In this document: positions 40,804 to 51,112 of the stretch, piece by piece
How positions within the stretch are numbered: the first letter of the stretch is position 1
Layout: each line of letters opens with the position of its first letter
NCBI GenBank assembly: GCA_902609285.1
Contig: CACLRL010000006.1
Location: 1 to 61,407, forward strand
Origin: an uncultured Candidatus Actinomarina sp.
GTDB taxonomy: Bacteria; Actinomycetota; Acidimicrobiia; Actinomarinales; Actinomarinaceae
DNA: 61,407 nt
Reading direction: 5' to 3'
The notes under the pieces: generated by a model
What the model saw: the letters and a program-made list of their open reading frames with translations, nothing else
Databases searched by the model: none
Told to the model about the DNA's origin: nothing
Position numbers and translations under genes: made by a program

Positions 40804-42105
40804 ATGAATAATGCAAGATTGCGATTTGGCGCAATTTTATTAATTCTTTCCATGGTGCTTGTTGCATGTGGTGGTTCATCTGAAGATACAGTTGAAGAAC
40901 CAGTAGTAGAAGAGGCACCAGCGGAAACACTTGCAGCTCCTGCTACAACTTCTCCACCTCCGGAAAAGTTAGTAGTTTGGGCTGAAGAAAAAGTAGCTGT
41001 TGCCTTAGATCCATTAGTCGGAGCTTATGAGCAAGCAGCAGGTGTTGATGTAGAAGTTGTAATTTATGATTTCGGCTCAATTAAAGATGATGTTCTAACT
41101 GCAGGACCTGCGGGAGAAGGACCTGATCTATTTATAAGCCCTCATGATATTGTTGGTGAAGTAGCAACTAATGGTGTTGTTGCGCCAATAGACCTCGGAT
41201 CAATTCAATCAGATATTTTTGATGTTGGAATTGCTGGATTTAGTTATGGTGGAGAAGTTTATGGTTTTCCATATGCAACTGAAGCTATAGCGATGTATTA
41301 CAACTCAGATTTAGTTGATGGTGTTCCATCGACATGGGAAGAAGTAAAGGCGGCATGTGACGCTGCAGGTACTGAACTCTGTGTTGGAGCTCCAGGTGGT
41401 GGAGGAGGCGGAGACGCTTACCACAACATTCCATTTGTCCAATCAGACGGTGGATATATATTTAAATTTGATGGAGGATTTGACTCTTCAGATGTTGGTC
41501 TCGATAATGCTGCAGCATTAGCTTCTGCAGAATATCTTGATTCATTAGTTAAAAATGGAACAATAGCTGCAACTGACTATGGTGCATCTATGACAGCATT
41601 TCAAGAAGGTAGATCTTTGTTTTGGATGACTGGCCCTTGGGCTAGGGGAGATGCTGCTGCAGTAAACTATGGTGTAGGTTTAATTCCTGCATTCGATGGT
41701 AGTGCTGCAACTCCATTCGTTGGAGTTAGAGGTATGTTCATTTCAGCATTTAGTGAAAAAAAGGTATTGGCTCAAAGCTTTATACTTGACTTTTTTGCTA
41801 CTGTTGATGTTCAAGCTGCTATGTATGCTGAAGATCCAAGACTTCCTGCAACAAAATCATTGTTCGCAATTGTTGAAAGTGAAGATCCAATTGCAGCACA
41901 GTTTGCAGCTAGTGCAGCTAACGGTATTCCAATGCCTAACATTCCAGAAATGGGAAGTGTTTGGGGTCCGGTTGGAGATGCAATGTTAATAATTAGAGAC
42001 CAAAACTATGGTACAAATGAAGATACAGGAGTAACTGTTGATTCTGCTTCTGACGCTATGAAATTAGCTGCTCAGCAAGTTAGAGATGCCATTGCAGGTG
42101 GATAA
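40804..42105 (+). CDS. malE: Maltose/maltodextrin ABC transporter substrate-binding lipoprotein
   Basis: Lipobox LVAC, GPDLFISPHD, YGFPYATEAIAMYYN, MTGPW, PMPNIPEMGSVW; SD-like GGGAG upstream. Confidence 0.9.
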   Translation: MNNARLRFGAILLILSMVLVACGGSSEDTVEEPVVEEAPAETLAAPATTSPPPEKLVVWAEEKVAVALDPLVGAYEQAAGVDVEVVIYDFGSIKDDVLTAGPAGEGPDLFISPHDIVGEVATNGVVAPIDLGSIQSDIFDVGIAGFSYGGEVYGFPYATEAIAMYYNSDLVDGVPSTWEEVKAACDAAGTELCVGAPGGGGGGDAYHNIPFVQSDGGYIFKFDGGFDSSDVGLDNAAALASAEYLDSLVKNGTIAATDYGASMTAFQEGRSLFWMTGPWARGDAAAVNYGVGLIPAFDGSAATPFVGVRGMFISAFSEKKVLAQSFILDFFATVDVQAAMYAEDPRLPATKSLFAIVESEDPIAAQFAASAANGIPMPNIPEMGSVWGPVGDAMLIIRDQNYGTNEDTGVTVDSASDAMKLAAQQVRDAIAGG

Positions 42106-42125
42106 TTAGATAAAAAATTATTTTG

Positions 42126-42156
42126 ATCGGGGCTCGCAATGGGCCCCGATTTTTTT
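42126..42156 (+). terminator. Intrinsic terminator/attenuator between malE and malF
   Basis: 10-bp stem atcggggctc-gcaat-gggccccgat followed by a T run. Confidence 0.85.
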
Positions 42157-42173
42157 GTGATATATTTATGTAT

Positions 42174-43766
42174 ATGAAAGTTTCAATGATTATCAGGTAT
42201 GTTTTATTGGGTATTTTCAATGCTTTAATGTTTTATATCGTGCCTCTTGCGATAAGCTACGAATCTTGGTTTTTACTTCTGATTGTTGGAATTATAACTT
42301 TTTTAATAAATATTACGTATCTTACTAACAGATTGAAACCATTGAAATGGATTACTCCAGGTTTCATATTTCTTTTAGCATTTGTTGTTTTTCCAGCAGG
42401 ATTTAACTTTTATGTATCTTTTACAAACTGGCAGACAGGTCATATTTTGACTAAGACCCAAGTTATTGAACGTTTAGAAGATTTAACATTTTCTACTGAA
42501 GAACAAAGAGGAGTAGAGTTTGATTTATACGTCATGCAGGATTCAGATTTAGATTATTATTTTCTTGCAGACCTAGACAAAAACAATTTACTTTTTGGAA
42601 AAGCTATTACTTCGGATGAGTTTAATAATGTCAATTATGCAAATCATGAACCTTCATTCAAAGATTCAAATAACAACATTGTTATACCTGAATCACTTTA
42701 TTTATTGTCTGGAAAAGAACAAATCGCAAACTCATCACAATTACAAGATTTATCTTTATTAGTAGATAAAAATACCAGAATAAATCTATACAATATATCA
42801 GTTTTCGGGGCTTCGAGTGGAAGAATATTTTCATCCCAACAAAAATATTCATATGATGACGACACAGATATTCTTTATGACAACACTCAAAATGTAGCAT
42901 GCACACTCGGTGACAGAGGTAACTTTATATGCGGAGGTGAATCTGTTGATCCCGGTTGGAGAATTACAGTTGGTTCAGAGAATTATCAAAGAATCATTGA
43001 CGATGAAAGATTTAGAGGACCTTTGAATACAGTAGCAACATGGACATTTCAATTTGCGTTTTTCTCAGTTGTCCTTGCTTTTTTTGTGGGATTATTTTTA
43101 GCTGTAACACTCAATAATGAAAAAGTAAGATTTCAAAAAGTTTATAGATCAATTTATATAATTCCATATGCAATCCCAGGATTTATTTCAATCTTAGTTT
43201 TCAGAGGTTTACTAAATCCAGATTTTGGATTAGTCAATGATTGGCTTGATCCTATCTATCAATTATTGAATATTGAACCCATAAGGTGGTTTAGGACAGA
43301 GGCAAGTTCTAAAGCAGCAGTTTTATTAGTTAATACATGGTTAGGTTTTCCATATATGTTTTTAATAGTTACTGGTGCACTTCAATCAATTCCAACAGAA
43401 CTTATTGAAGCCTCAAAAGTTGACGGAGCAACACCAAGACAGTCATTCTGGAGAATTACTTTTCCATTATTACTGGTTTCTATATCTCCATTATTAATAG
43501 GAGCGTTTGCTTATAATTTTAATAATTTCACTTTGATTTTTTTACTTACAGGAGGAGGTCCGCCACTCGTTGGTGCTGATGTCTCTGTAGGCTATACGGA
43601 CATTCTTATATCTTTTACATATAATCTCGCTGTTTCTGGCGGAAGAGGTGTTCAGTTTGGGTTAGCAGCTGCTGTGACAACAATTATATTTTTTCTTGTA
43701 TTAATAATTTCAGCTATATCATTTAGATATTCAAAAAGATTAGAGCGGATTTATGGAAACATCTAA
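42174..43766 (+). CDS. malF: Maltodextrin ABC transporter permease (MalF-like, large extracytoplasmic loop)
   Basis: IIPYAIP, VNTWLGFPYMF, EAA loop EASKVDGA, FAYNFNNF, TDILIS. Confidence 0.9.
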   Translation: MKVSMIIRYVLLGIFNALMFYIVPLAISYESWFLLLIVGIITFLINITYLTNRLKPLKWITPGFIFLLAFVVFPAGFNFYVSFTNWQTGHILTKTQVIERLEDLTFSTEEQRGVEFDLYVMQDSDLDYYFLADLDKNNLLFGKAITSDEFNNVNYANHEPSFKDSNNNIVIPESLYLLSGKEQIANSSQLQDLSLLVDKNTRINLYNISVFGASSGRIFSSQQKYSYDDDTDILYDNTQNVACTLGDRGNFICGGESVDPGWRITVGSENYQRIIDDERFRGPLNTVATWTFQFAFFSVVLAFFVGLFLAVTLNNEKVRFQKVYRSIYIIPYAIPGFISILVFRGLLNPDFGLVNDWLDPIYQLLNIEPIRWFRTEASSKAAVLLVNTWLGFPYMFLIVTGALQSIPTELIEASKVDGATPRQSFWRITFPLLLVSISPLLIGAFAYNFNNFTLIFLLTGGGPPLVGADVSVGYTDILISFTYNLAVSGGRGVQFGLAAAVTTIIFFLVLIISAISFRYSKRLERIYGNI

Positions 43767-44619
43767 GTTAACTAAATGGATTAGAGAATACGGGTGGAGG
43801 CATCTTGTTGGAATATTTTTTGTTGTATTTTCGATGTATCCGATTTTATATGTAATTACCAATTCATTTGCAGATTTTGCTAATCTTCAAAATTCAAAAC
43901 TTATTCCAGACGCTTTAACTTTTAAGCATTATAGATCACTATACGAGGACTCATTAGTCCCTTATTTTAGATGGCTATTCAACACTTACAAAATTGCAAG
44001 CATTGCTGGGTTATTTAATGTTCTATTAGGGACATTGGCAGGGTATGCGTTCGCAAGATTAAAGTTTAGAGGAAGAAGAGTAGGTTTGATTACATTAGTT
44101 TTAATTCAAATGTTTCCTGCTTTCCTTGCATTTGTTGCTATTTATCTGTTATTTTTTCAAATTAGCGATGTAGCTCCTTTCATGGGTCTAGGAACGCACT
44201 TTGGTCTAATTTGTGTTTATTTAGGAGGATCGATTGGCTTTAATTCCTGGTTAATAAAAGGGTTTATGGATACTATTCCAACTTCTTTAGATGAGGCAGC
44301 TAAAGTTGATGGTGCAAATGATTCACAAATATTTTTTAGAATTGTTGCTCCTCTTGCAAGGCCAATAATTGTTGTATTATTTGTCATTACCTTTATTGGA
44401 ATTTATTCAGACTATATTCTTGCTGCAGTATTTTTAAAAGATCCCAATTTGTATACGGTAGCCTTGGGCATAAATGTGGTATTTATGGACGACTTTAGTA
44501 ATGAATGGGGAAGTATTGCTGCTGCATCTGTAATAGCTGCAACACCTATAGCTGTTCTATTTTTGTTTTTTCAAAAACAAATAACGGGTGGTCTTACTGC
44601 AGGATCAATAAAAGGATGA
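43753..44619 (+). CDS. malG: Maltodextrin ABC transporter permease (MalG-like)
   Basis: GYAFARLKFRGR, QMFP, KGFMDTIP.SLDEAAKVDGA, GLTAGSIKG. Confidence 0.92.
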   Translation: METSKLTKWIREYGWRHLVGIFFVVFSMYPILYVITNSFADFANLQNSKLIPDALTFKHYRSLYEDSLVPYFRWLFNTYKIASIAGLFNVLLGTLAGYAFARLKFRGRRVGLITLVLIQMFPAFLAFVAIYLLFFQISDVAPFMGLGTHFGLICVYLGGSIGFNSWLIKGFMDTIPTSLDEAAKVDGANDSQIFFRIVAPLARPIIVVLFVITFIGIYSDYILAAVFLKDPNLYTVALGINVVFMDDFSNEWGSIAAASVIAATPIAVLFLFFQKQITGGLTAGSIKG

Positions 44620-45284
44620 GTAAGAAAGCATTATTTATCGCTGGAGGATGGGGCGGTCATGAGCCAATAGAAACCTCAAAATTTATTATCCAAGAAATAA
44701 AAAAATTTGATATTGAAAGTGATTTAGTTGAAAGTTTAGATGTTATGAGTGATTTAAAATATTTAAAAAAATATGATGTCATTTTACCAGTATGGACAAT
44801 GGGAAATATAGATGATGACAATTGGGAAATTAAAGACTCAAAAATTGGAAACTTGCAAGAAGCTATAAGCTCTGGAATAGGATTAGCTGGCTGGCATGGC
44901 GGAATGACAGATGCTTTTAGAGATAACACAAACTATCAGTTTCTTGTTGGGAGCCAATTCGTTTGCCATCCAGGCAATTTTGTTGATTATGAGGTCGCCA
45001 TTATTGATAAAGATCATCAAAGTGTCGATGGAATTGATAATTTTAGTGTTCACTCAGAACAATATTTTTTACATATTGATCCATCAATAAATGTAATTGC
45101 CTCAACAAAATTTAATAAGAAATACCACGACTGGATTGATGGTGTAGAAATGCCAATTGCATACACAAAAAAATGGGGAAAAGGAAAAGTATTTCATTGT
45201 TCAATAGGGCATTACCTCAAAGATTTTGAAAATTTAAATGTTGTTAAATTAATTACTCAGGGAATCAACTGGGCTACAAAATAA
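44616..45284 (+). CDS. ThuA-like domain protein
   Basis: GGWGGHEP, GLAGWHGGM.DAFR, QFVCHPG, SEQYFLH, WGKGKVFHCSIGH; ATGA overlap with malG. Confidence 0.85.
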   Translation: MSKKALFIAGGWGGHEPIETSKFIIQEIKKFDIESDLVESLDVMSDLKYLKKYDVILPVWTMGNIDDDNWEIKDSKIGNLQEAISSGIGLAGWHGGMTDAFRDNTNYQFLVGSQFVCHPGNFVDYEVAIIDKDHQSVDGIDNFSVHSEQYFLHIDPSINVIASTKFNKKYHDWIDGVEMPIAYTKKWGKGKVFHCSIGHYLKDFENLNVVKLITQGINWATK

Positions 45285-45285
45285 T

Positions 45286-46332
45286 ATGAACATAGGAATA
45301 ATTGGATGCGGTGCAATTTCAGATCAATATATGATTGGTTTGAACAAGGATAAAGAAATTTTAAAAGTTGTTGCTTGTGCAGATGTAGATTCTAACAAGT
45401 CAGAAGTATTCTCTAAAAAACACAAAATTGATAAGTTATCTGTCGAGGAAATATTTGTTGATAATGATATTGATCTTATTGTAAATCTAACACCTCCATC
45501 CTCTCATTTTGAGATTTCAATGAAATCTCTTAAAAATGGAAAACATGTCTTTTCTGAAAAACCCGTCTCTTTATCAATAAACGAAGGGGAAAAATTATAT
45601 GCAACAATGAAAGAAAATAATGTTTATTTATTTTCTGCCCCTGACACATATCTGGGACCAGCATTCAAAAAAGGGACTGAGTTGGTAAATTCTAATCAGA
45701 TTGGACAAATTATTGGTGGGTCAGCTAGTTTTGTTACTCATGGTGTAGAGGGGTGGCATCCTAATCCTGAATTTTATTATAAGAAAGGGGGAGGGCCTTT
45801 ATTCGACATGGGTCCATATTATTTAACTGCTTTGGTAAAACTACTTGGCCCTGTAACTCAAGTTATCTCTTACTCAAAAAAGAATTTCAATAAGCGTCTT
45901 GTAGACAATCCAGAAGTAAAATATGAGGAAATCGAAGTAGAGATTGATACCCATTATGTTTCATTATTAAAATTCAAATCTGGAGTTGTTGTCGACTTCC
46001 AGGTTAGTTTTGATATATGGAAACCATATGATGGAAAATTGGAAATATATGGGGAAAACTCATCTTTAAAATTTGCAGATCCAAACAACTACGATGGTGA
46101 AATTTCTATTTTTAATAAAGAAACTTATCAATGGGAAAACATATATTCGTCAAAAGACAGTGAAAATAATTACTACAGAGGCTTAGGTGTTGTTGAAATG
46201 GTAAATTCTATAAAAGAAAATAATGTATCTGAGGATGACCTATTTTTACCATTTCATGTATTAAATATTATGTGTACTTTAGAGTCTTATGATTTTGATG
46301 GAAATTGGGCAAATATTACTCAACAATTTTAA
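45286..46332 (+). CDS. Gfo/Idh/MocA oxidoreductase
   Basis: IGIIGCGAIS, KHVFSEKP, APDT, WHPNPEFYY..GGGPLFDMGPYY. Confidence 0.92.
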   Translation: MNIGIIGCGAISDQYMIGLNKDKEILKVVACADVDSNKSEVFSKKHKIDKLSVEEIFVDNDIDLIVNLTPPSSHFEISMKSLKNGKHVFSEKPVSLSINEGEKLYATMKENNVYLFSAPDTYLGPAFKKGTELVNSNQIGQIIGGSASFVTHGVEGWHPNPEFYYKKGGGPLFDMGPYYLTALVKLLGPVTQVISYSKKNFNKRLVDNPEVKYEEIEVEIDTHYVSLLKFKSGVVVDFQVSFDIWKPYDGKLEIYGENSSLKFADPNNYDGEISIFNKETYQWENIYSSKDSENNYYRGLGVVEMVNSIKENNVSEDDLFLPFHVLNIMCTLESYDFDGNWANITQQF

Positions 46333-46393
46333 ACAATAGATTAGAGAATTTTGACTTTGGACATTAAAATTGTTCTAAGAGAGTGGAGATTAA

Positions 46394-48325
46394 ATGAGCA
46401 AAATACAAGAATTCCTAAAAAACCAAGAAAAATCAGTTATGAGTATTGTTGAAGGTAAAACAATTATTGATTATTTAAACAATAATGCAGAAGAGTCACC
46501 TGATTACCCTGCTTTAAATACCCCAATCAATAATGAATATACAGGATGGGATTCTATTTCTTGGTCAGAATATCAAGAAACAGTTCACAATCTTGCTTCA
46601 GGACTTATTGATATTGGTCTACAAGCTGAAGACAATGCTTTTATTGTTGCAAATAATGTAAAAGAGCATTTTATTTCAGATCTTGGAATCATGCATGCAG
46701 GTGCAGTTCCCTCTACAATCTATAAACAACTTAAATCAGGACAAATCGAATACATCTCCAATCTACTTGAAGCAAAAGTAGCTTTTGTTGGTGATGCAGA
46801 GCTATTTACTGAAGTCAATAAAGCAAAAGATAATTGTCCAGATATGAAGTACATCATAATGATTGAAGATTTTGATCAATATAAAGATTTAGATTACGTG
46901 TTAAGTTATCAAGATCTTATTGAAAAGGGTAAAAAAATTAATGCAGAAAGTAAATCAGAATTAGAAGCAAGAATGGAATCTGTAAAACCAGATTCACTTG
47001 CATGTTTAATTTTTACATCAGGGACAACTGGAAATCCTAAGGGCGTTATGCTTACCCATGAGAATATATTATTTACCATTCAGAGCTTGATAGAGCAATC
47101 GGTAAGTTTAGGAACTAATCCTAGAATTGTTTCTTATTTACCTATGGCCCATATTGCAGCAAGATTAACAGATCATTATCAATCAATTTTTAGAAAAGGT
47201 CAATTATTTCCAGTCCCAGTTCTTGAGGACATGGCTACAGCCCTACCAACTATTAAACCAACTCTCTTTTTCGCAGTTCCTCGGGTTTGGGAAAGATTTC
47301 AATCAGGTTTAATTAATAAAATAAACGAATCAGATAAAAAAGATTTGGCTTTAAGAGCCATTGATAATGGATTAGAAAGAGTTGAATATGAGCAAAGAGG
47401 TGAGACACCACCTTTAGGAATAAGAATTAAAGATGCAATATTTAACAAGCTTGTTTTTGAACGATCATTTAAAGTTGGGTTGGGTCTTGATAATTCTGAA
47501 GTATTCATTACTGCCGCAGCACCTATGAATCCAGAGGTTCAAAAATGGTTTCATGCAATTCATATTGATGTCGCAGAAGTATATGGAATGACAGAAGATA
47601 CAGGACCTGCAACATTTTGTGTTCCAAATTTTGCAAATAATTACTTCCAAAATCTTATGAGAGCCAATGATTTACCTATTCCAGATGTAATGAATCCAAT
47701 TGGTAAAGTTGGTATGCCTATTATGGGTACAGAAATAAAAGTTCTAGATGATGGTGAGTTGTGCATCAAAGGTAAACACGTTGCAAAAGGATATTATAAA
47801 GCAGAAGAAGAAACAAAAGCTGCATTTGATAATGATGGATGGCTTCATACAGGAGATTTAGCCGAGATTGACGAAAACGGTTTTGCAAAAATAATTGGAA
47901 GAAAAAAGGAAATTATTATTACTTCTGGTGGCAAAAACATTGCACCTGTTGAATTAGAAAATCTAATTAAGACACATGAGTTAATAGGCCAAATTTGCAT
48001 GGTAGGAGATGGAAAGAAATTTTTAAGTGCTTTAATTGTTCTTGATGGCGATGGTGGTGCTGAAAAATGGGCTAATGAAAATGGAGTTGATTACAACATT
48101 GAAACTATGTCAAAAAACGAAAAAGTCTTATCAGCTATACAAGAGCATGTTGATCAGTCAAATAGTAAAGTTGCAAATGTTCAACAAATTAAAAAATTTA
48201 CCCTACTGTCAAGTGAATGGACTGATAGTAGTGGCGAGTTAACACCATCTCTCAAATTAAAAAGACATGTTGTTGCGGAGAGATATGAAAACGAAATTGA
48301 AGCAATGTATGAGGAGGCAAAATAA
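46394..48325 (+). CDS. Long-chain fatty acid--CoA ligase (AMP-forming)
   Basis: IFTSGTTGNPKG, YLPMAH, VPRVWE, YGMTE, WLHTGD, GRKKEIIITSGGKN, ELTPSLKLKR. Confidence 0.93.
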   Translation: MSKIQEFLKNQEKSVMSIVEGKTIIDYLNNNAEESPDYPALNTPINNEYTGWDSISWSEYQETVHNLASGLIDIGLQAEDNAFIVANNVKEHFISDLGIMHAGAVPSTIYKQLKSGQIEYISNLLEAKVAFVGDAELFTEVNKAKDNCPDMKYIIMIEDFDQYKDLDYVLSYQDLIEKGKKINAESKSELEARMESVKPDSLACLIFTSGTTGNPKGVMLTHENILFTIQSLIEQSVSLGTNPRIVSYLPMAHIAARLTDHYQSIFRKGQLFPVPVLEDMATALPTIKPTLFFAVPRVWERFQSGLINKINESDKKDLALRAIDNGLERVEYEQRGETPPLGIRIKDAIFNKLVFERSFKVGLGLDNSEVFITAAAPMNPEVQKWFHAIHIDVAEVYGMTEDTGPATFCVPNFANNYFQNLMRANDLPIPDVMNPIGKVGMPIMGTEIKVLDDGELCIKGKHVAKGYYKAEEETKAAFDNDGWLHTGDLAEIDENGFAKIIGRKKEIIITSGGKNIAPVELENLIKTHELIGQICMVGDGKKFLSALIVLDGDGGAEKWANENGVDYNIETMSKNEKVLSAIQEHVDQSNSKVANVQQIKKFTLLSSEWTDSSGELTPSLKLKRHVVAERYENEIEAMYEEAK

Positions 48326-49227
48326 TGGCTGATGTTAGTTTCGAAAATAGAGTTGTAATTGTTACTGGAGCTGGAAATGGACTTGGAAAAGCTTATGCCT
48401 TAGAACTTGGAAAAAGAGGTGCAAAAGTTGTTGTTAATGACTTGGGTGGTGCTGTTGATGGTTCTGGATCTGGTAATTCTCCTGCTGATGATGTTGTAAA
48501 TGAAATTATCGAAAATGGTGGAGAAGCAGTGGCAAACTATGATTCGGTAGCAACTAAAGATGGTGGAGAGTCAATTGTCCAGACCGCAGTTGATAGTTTC
48601 GGTACTGTAGATGCTGTTATTAACAATGCAGGAATTCTAAGAGATAAGAGTTTTGCAAATATGACTGAAGAAGAATTTTCATTAATTATAGAAGTTCATT
48701 TGAAAGGAACATATTTCGTAACACAACCTGCATTTAAGATTATGAAAGAGAATAATTATGGAAGAATTGTAAATGTTGCATCACCATCGGGCATTTTTGG
48801 TAATTTTGGCCAAACAAATTATGGAGCAGCAAAGATGGGAATTGTTGGATTAACAAATGTCTTAGCTATTGAAGGTGCAAAATATAATATTAAAGTTAAC
48901 GTTATAGCACCTACTGCATATACAAGAATGACAGAAGCTCTTCTTCCAGAAGATGTGGGAAAACTTTTTAGCGCAGAACTTGTTACTCCAATGGTTACAT
49001 ATCTAGCATCTGAAGCTTGCGAACCAACACATGAAATTTTTGGTGTTGCAGCTGGCAGATTTGCAAGAATCGGCATTATTACACATGAAGGATATGTAAA
49101 TACAGAAGCTACCGCAGAAGACATTGCAAGCAATATTGAGGAAATTAGAACAATTACAGATGGTTCTTATCCTTTAAGCAATGAAGATGAGCTCATGCTT
49201 ATACAAAAAGCTATTCAGGGAAATTAG
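48325..49227 (+). CDS. SDR, MFE-2-like (R)-3-hydroxyacyl-CoA dehydrogenase type
   Basis: VTGAGNGLG, VVVNDLGG, NNAGILRD, GNFGQTNYGAAK. Confidence 0.88.
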   Translation: MADVSFENRVVIVTGAGNGLGKAYALELGKRGAKVVVNDLGGAVDGSGSGNSPADDVVNEIIENGGEAVANYDSVATKDGGESIVQTAVDSFGTVDAVINNAGILRDKSFANMTEEEFSLIIEVHLKGTYFVTQPAFKIMKENNYGRIVNVASPSGIFGNFGQTNYGAAKMGIVGLTNVLAIEGAKYNIKVNVIAPTAYTRMTEALLPEDVGKLFSAELVTPMVTYLASEACEPTHEIFGVAAGRFARIGIITHEGYVNTEATAEDIASNIEEIRTITDGSYPLSNEDELMLIQKAIQGN

Positions 49228-49257
49228 TACCTCAAGTTTTATGGTGTATAATTTTAT

Positions 49258-50475
49258 ATGGTAAAAACTGAGACTAAACCATTAGATTCTGAGGAATTAG
49301 TTTTAAACAGATTACAAGAATTAGTTGATTTTCGAAAAGATGATCAAGACATTAAAGAATTTTGGGCAAAGCAATTTGATTTAGGACTTGCTTGGGTTCA
49401 TTTTCCTGAAGGTGCAGGAGGATTAAACGTTAATCCAAAATATCAATTATTAGTTAATGAAACTCTTCGAAAAGAAGGTATCTCAACAAATAATCGCATT
49501 GCTAATCTTCTTGGAATTGGCATGGGAGCGCCAACTATTACTGAATATGGAACTCAAGAACAAATCGATAAGTATTTAAAACCGATGTTTACAGCAGAAG
49601 AAATTTGGTGTCAATTGTTCTCTGAGCCAGGATCAGGTTCCGATTTAGCTAGTTTGTCAACAAAAGCAGTGGACGATGGTGACGGGTATATAGTAAATGG
49701 ACAAAAAGTTTGGACAACATTAGGACATCTTTCAAAATGGGGATTATTAGTTACAAGAACTGATCCAGATGTTCCAAAGCATAGAGGACTAACATTTTTT
49801 ATCGTTGATATGGAATCTGAAGGTGTCGAAGTAAGACCTTTAAGACAAATAACTGGTGAAGCAGAATTTAACGAAGTTTATTTTACGGATGTAAAAATTC
49901 CTAAAGAGAATGTTCTTGGAGAAGTAGGTGATGGATGGCGAGTCTCTCTAGCAATTTTAATGAATGAAAGAGTTGCTATTGGAGGAAATGTAAGACCAAG
50001 AGGAAGTGGTGCACCAGGACATTTAGTTCAATTATGGAAAGATCGCGAACTAGATGATCCCGTTACGAAAGATAAACTTATGGAATTATGGATACAACAA
50101 GAAGCTGTAAGGTTAACCAATTTGAGAGCATCTGAACTTAGAGAAAAAGGAACACCTGGTCCAGAGGGTTCGACAAGCAAACTTCATGAAGCTGAAATAA
50201 ATAAGGCATCCTACGCTTTTGGTATGGAAATGTTAGGAAATGATGGATTATTATTCCCAAGAGGATATGAGCTATCTCAACCTGAATTAAATTTTGATAA
50301 TGATTCTTACGGTTTTACAGATACACAAAGTTTATTTTTAAGATCCCGAGCAAACTCTATTGAAGGCGGCACATCAGAAATCATGAGAAACATTATTGCA
50401 GAAAGAGTTTTAGGTCTTCCAAGCGAACCAAAATTAGATAAAGATAAAGCTTGGAAAGATTTGCCAAGATCTTAA
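49258..50475 (+). CDS. Acyl-CoA dehydrogenase (FadE-like)
   Basis: WCQLFSEPGSGSDLA, NGQKVWT, FNEVYF, IEGGTSEIMRNIIAERVLGLP. Confidence 0.93.
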   Translation: MVKTETKPLDSEELVLNRLQELVDFRKDDQDIKEFWAKQFDLGLAWVHFPEGAGGLNVNPKYQLLVNETLRKEGISTNNRIANLLGIGMGAPTITEYGTQEQIDKYLKPMFTAEEIWCQLFSEPGSGSDLASLSTKAVDDGDGYIVNGQKVWTTLGHLSKWGLLVTRTDPDVPKHRGLTFFIVDMESEGVEVRPLRQITGEAEFNEVYFTDVKIPKENVLGEVGDGWRVSLAILMNERVAIGGNVRPRGSGAPGHLVQLWKDRELDDPVTKDKLMELWIQQEAVRLTNLRASELREKGTPGPEGSTSKLHEAEINKASYAFGMEMLGNDGLLFPRGYELSQPELNFDNDSYGFTDTQSLFLRSRANSIEGGTSEIMRNIIAERVLGLPSEPKLDKDKAWKDLPRS

Positions 50476-51095
50476 TTGTTATAAATTAAGCAGAACTTTC
50501 CATCTTCAACCGTAACTTCTATATCATTATCGATTGATATATTTCTTAGAGTAAGAGATTTACCAAATTCAATATTTTCATTATCAAGGTTCCATTGCGC
50601 TCCAGAGATATTTAAATTTTTCAAATTTGTAAATGGAAGGATACTAAACTCAACATTATTTCCGATTGCAATTTTTTTTGTATTAGGAATAAGTACTGTC
50701 TGATCCTTATGTATCCAACAAATTTGCTGGTCTTCTTGAAAGCTAATAATTACAGTTAAAACAGAAAACAAATGGTCAATTTCCCCATATTCTCCACCAA
50801 TAATTGTTATATCCTTAATTTCTTTATCCATTACGTGTTTTATAGCAAGCTCAAAATCTGTTTCATTTTTGTTAGTGTCATATTTTAAAATTTGAACTTC
50901 ATCCTTTTCTGCTCTTTTAATTGTTTTCTCATCTATTGAATCAAGATCACCAATAATTAAATCTGGTTTTAAAAATAATTTGTAAGCTTGTTCTGTTCCT
51001 GAATCTACAGCAACTATAAGATCATAATTTCCTAGCTGATCTCTTTTTGTAGAATTAAGACCACCGTTTACTATAAGTGCATTTTTCATTTTCAC
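50472..51095 (-). CDS. thiN: Thiamine pyrophosphokinase
   Basis: VAVDSG, PDLIIGDLDSI, KNETDFELA, GEIDH. Confidence 0.88.
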   Translation of the reverse strand: MKMKNALIVNGGLNSTKRDQLGNYDLIVAVDSGTEQAYKLFLKPDLIIGDLDSIDEKTIKRAEKDEVQILKYDTNKNETDFELAIKHVMDKEIKDITIIGGEYGEIDHLFSVLTVIISFQEDQQICWIHKDQTVLIPNTKKIAIGNNVEFSILPFTNLKNLNISGAQWNLDNENIEFGKSLTLRNISIDNDIEVTVEDGKFCLIYNN

Positions 51096-51112
51096 TTGAA
51101 GGTTATCATAAA

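Noticed and set aside
41395-41412. Gly6 run (ggt ggt gga gga ggc gga) in MalE as a contingency repeat
   Set aside because: The codons are mixed, so it is not a slippage-prone tandem repeat.
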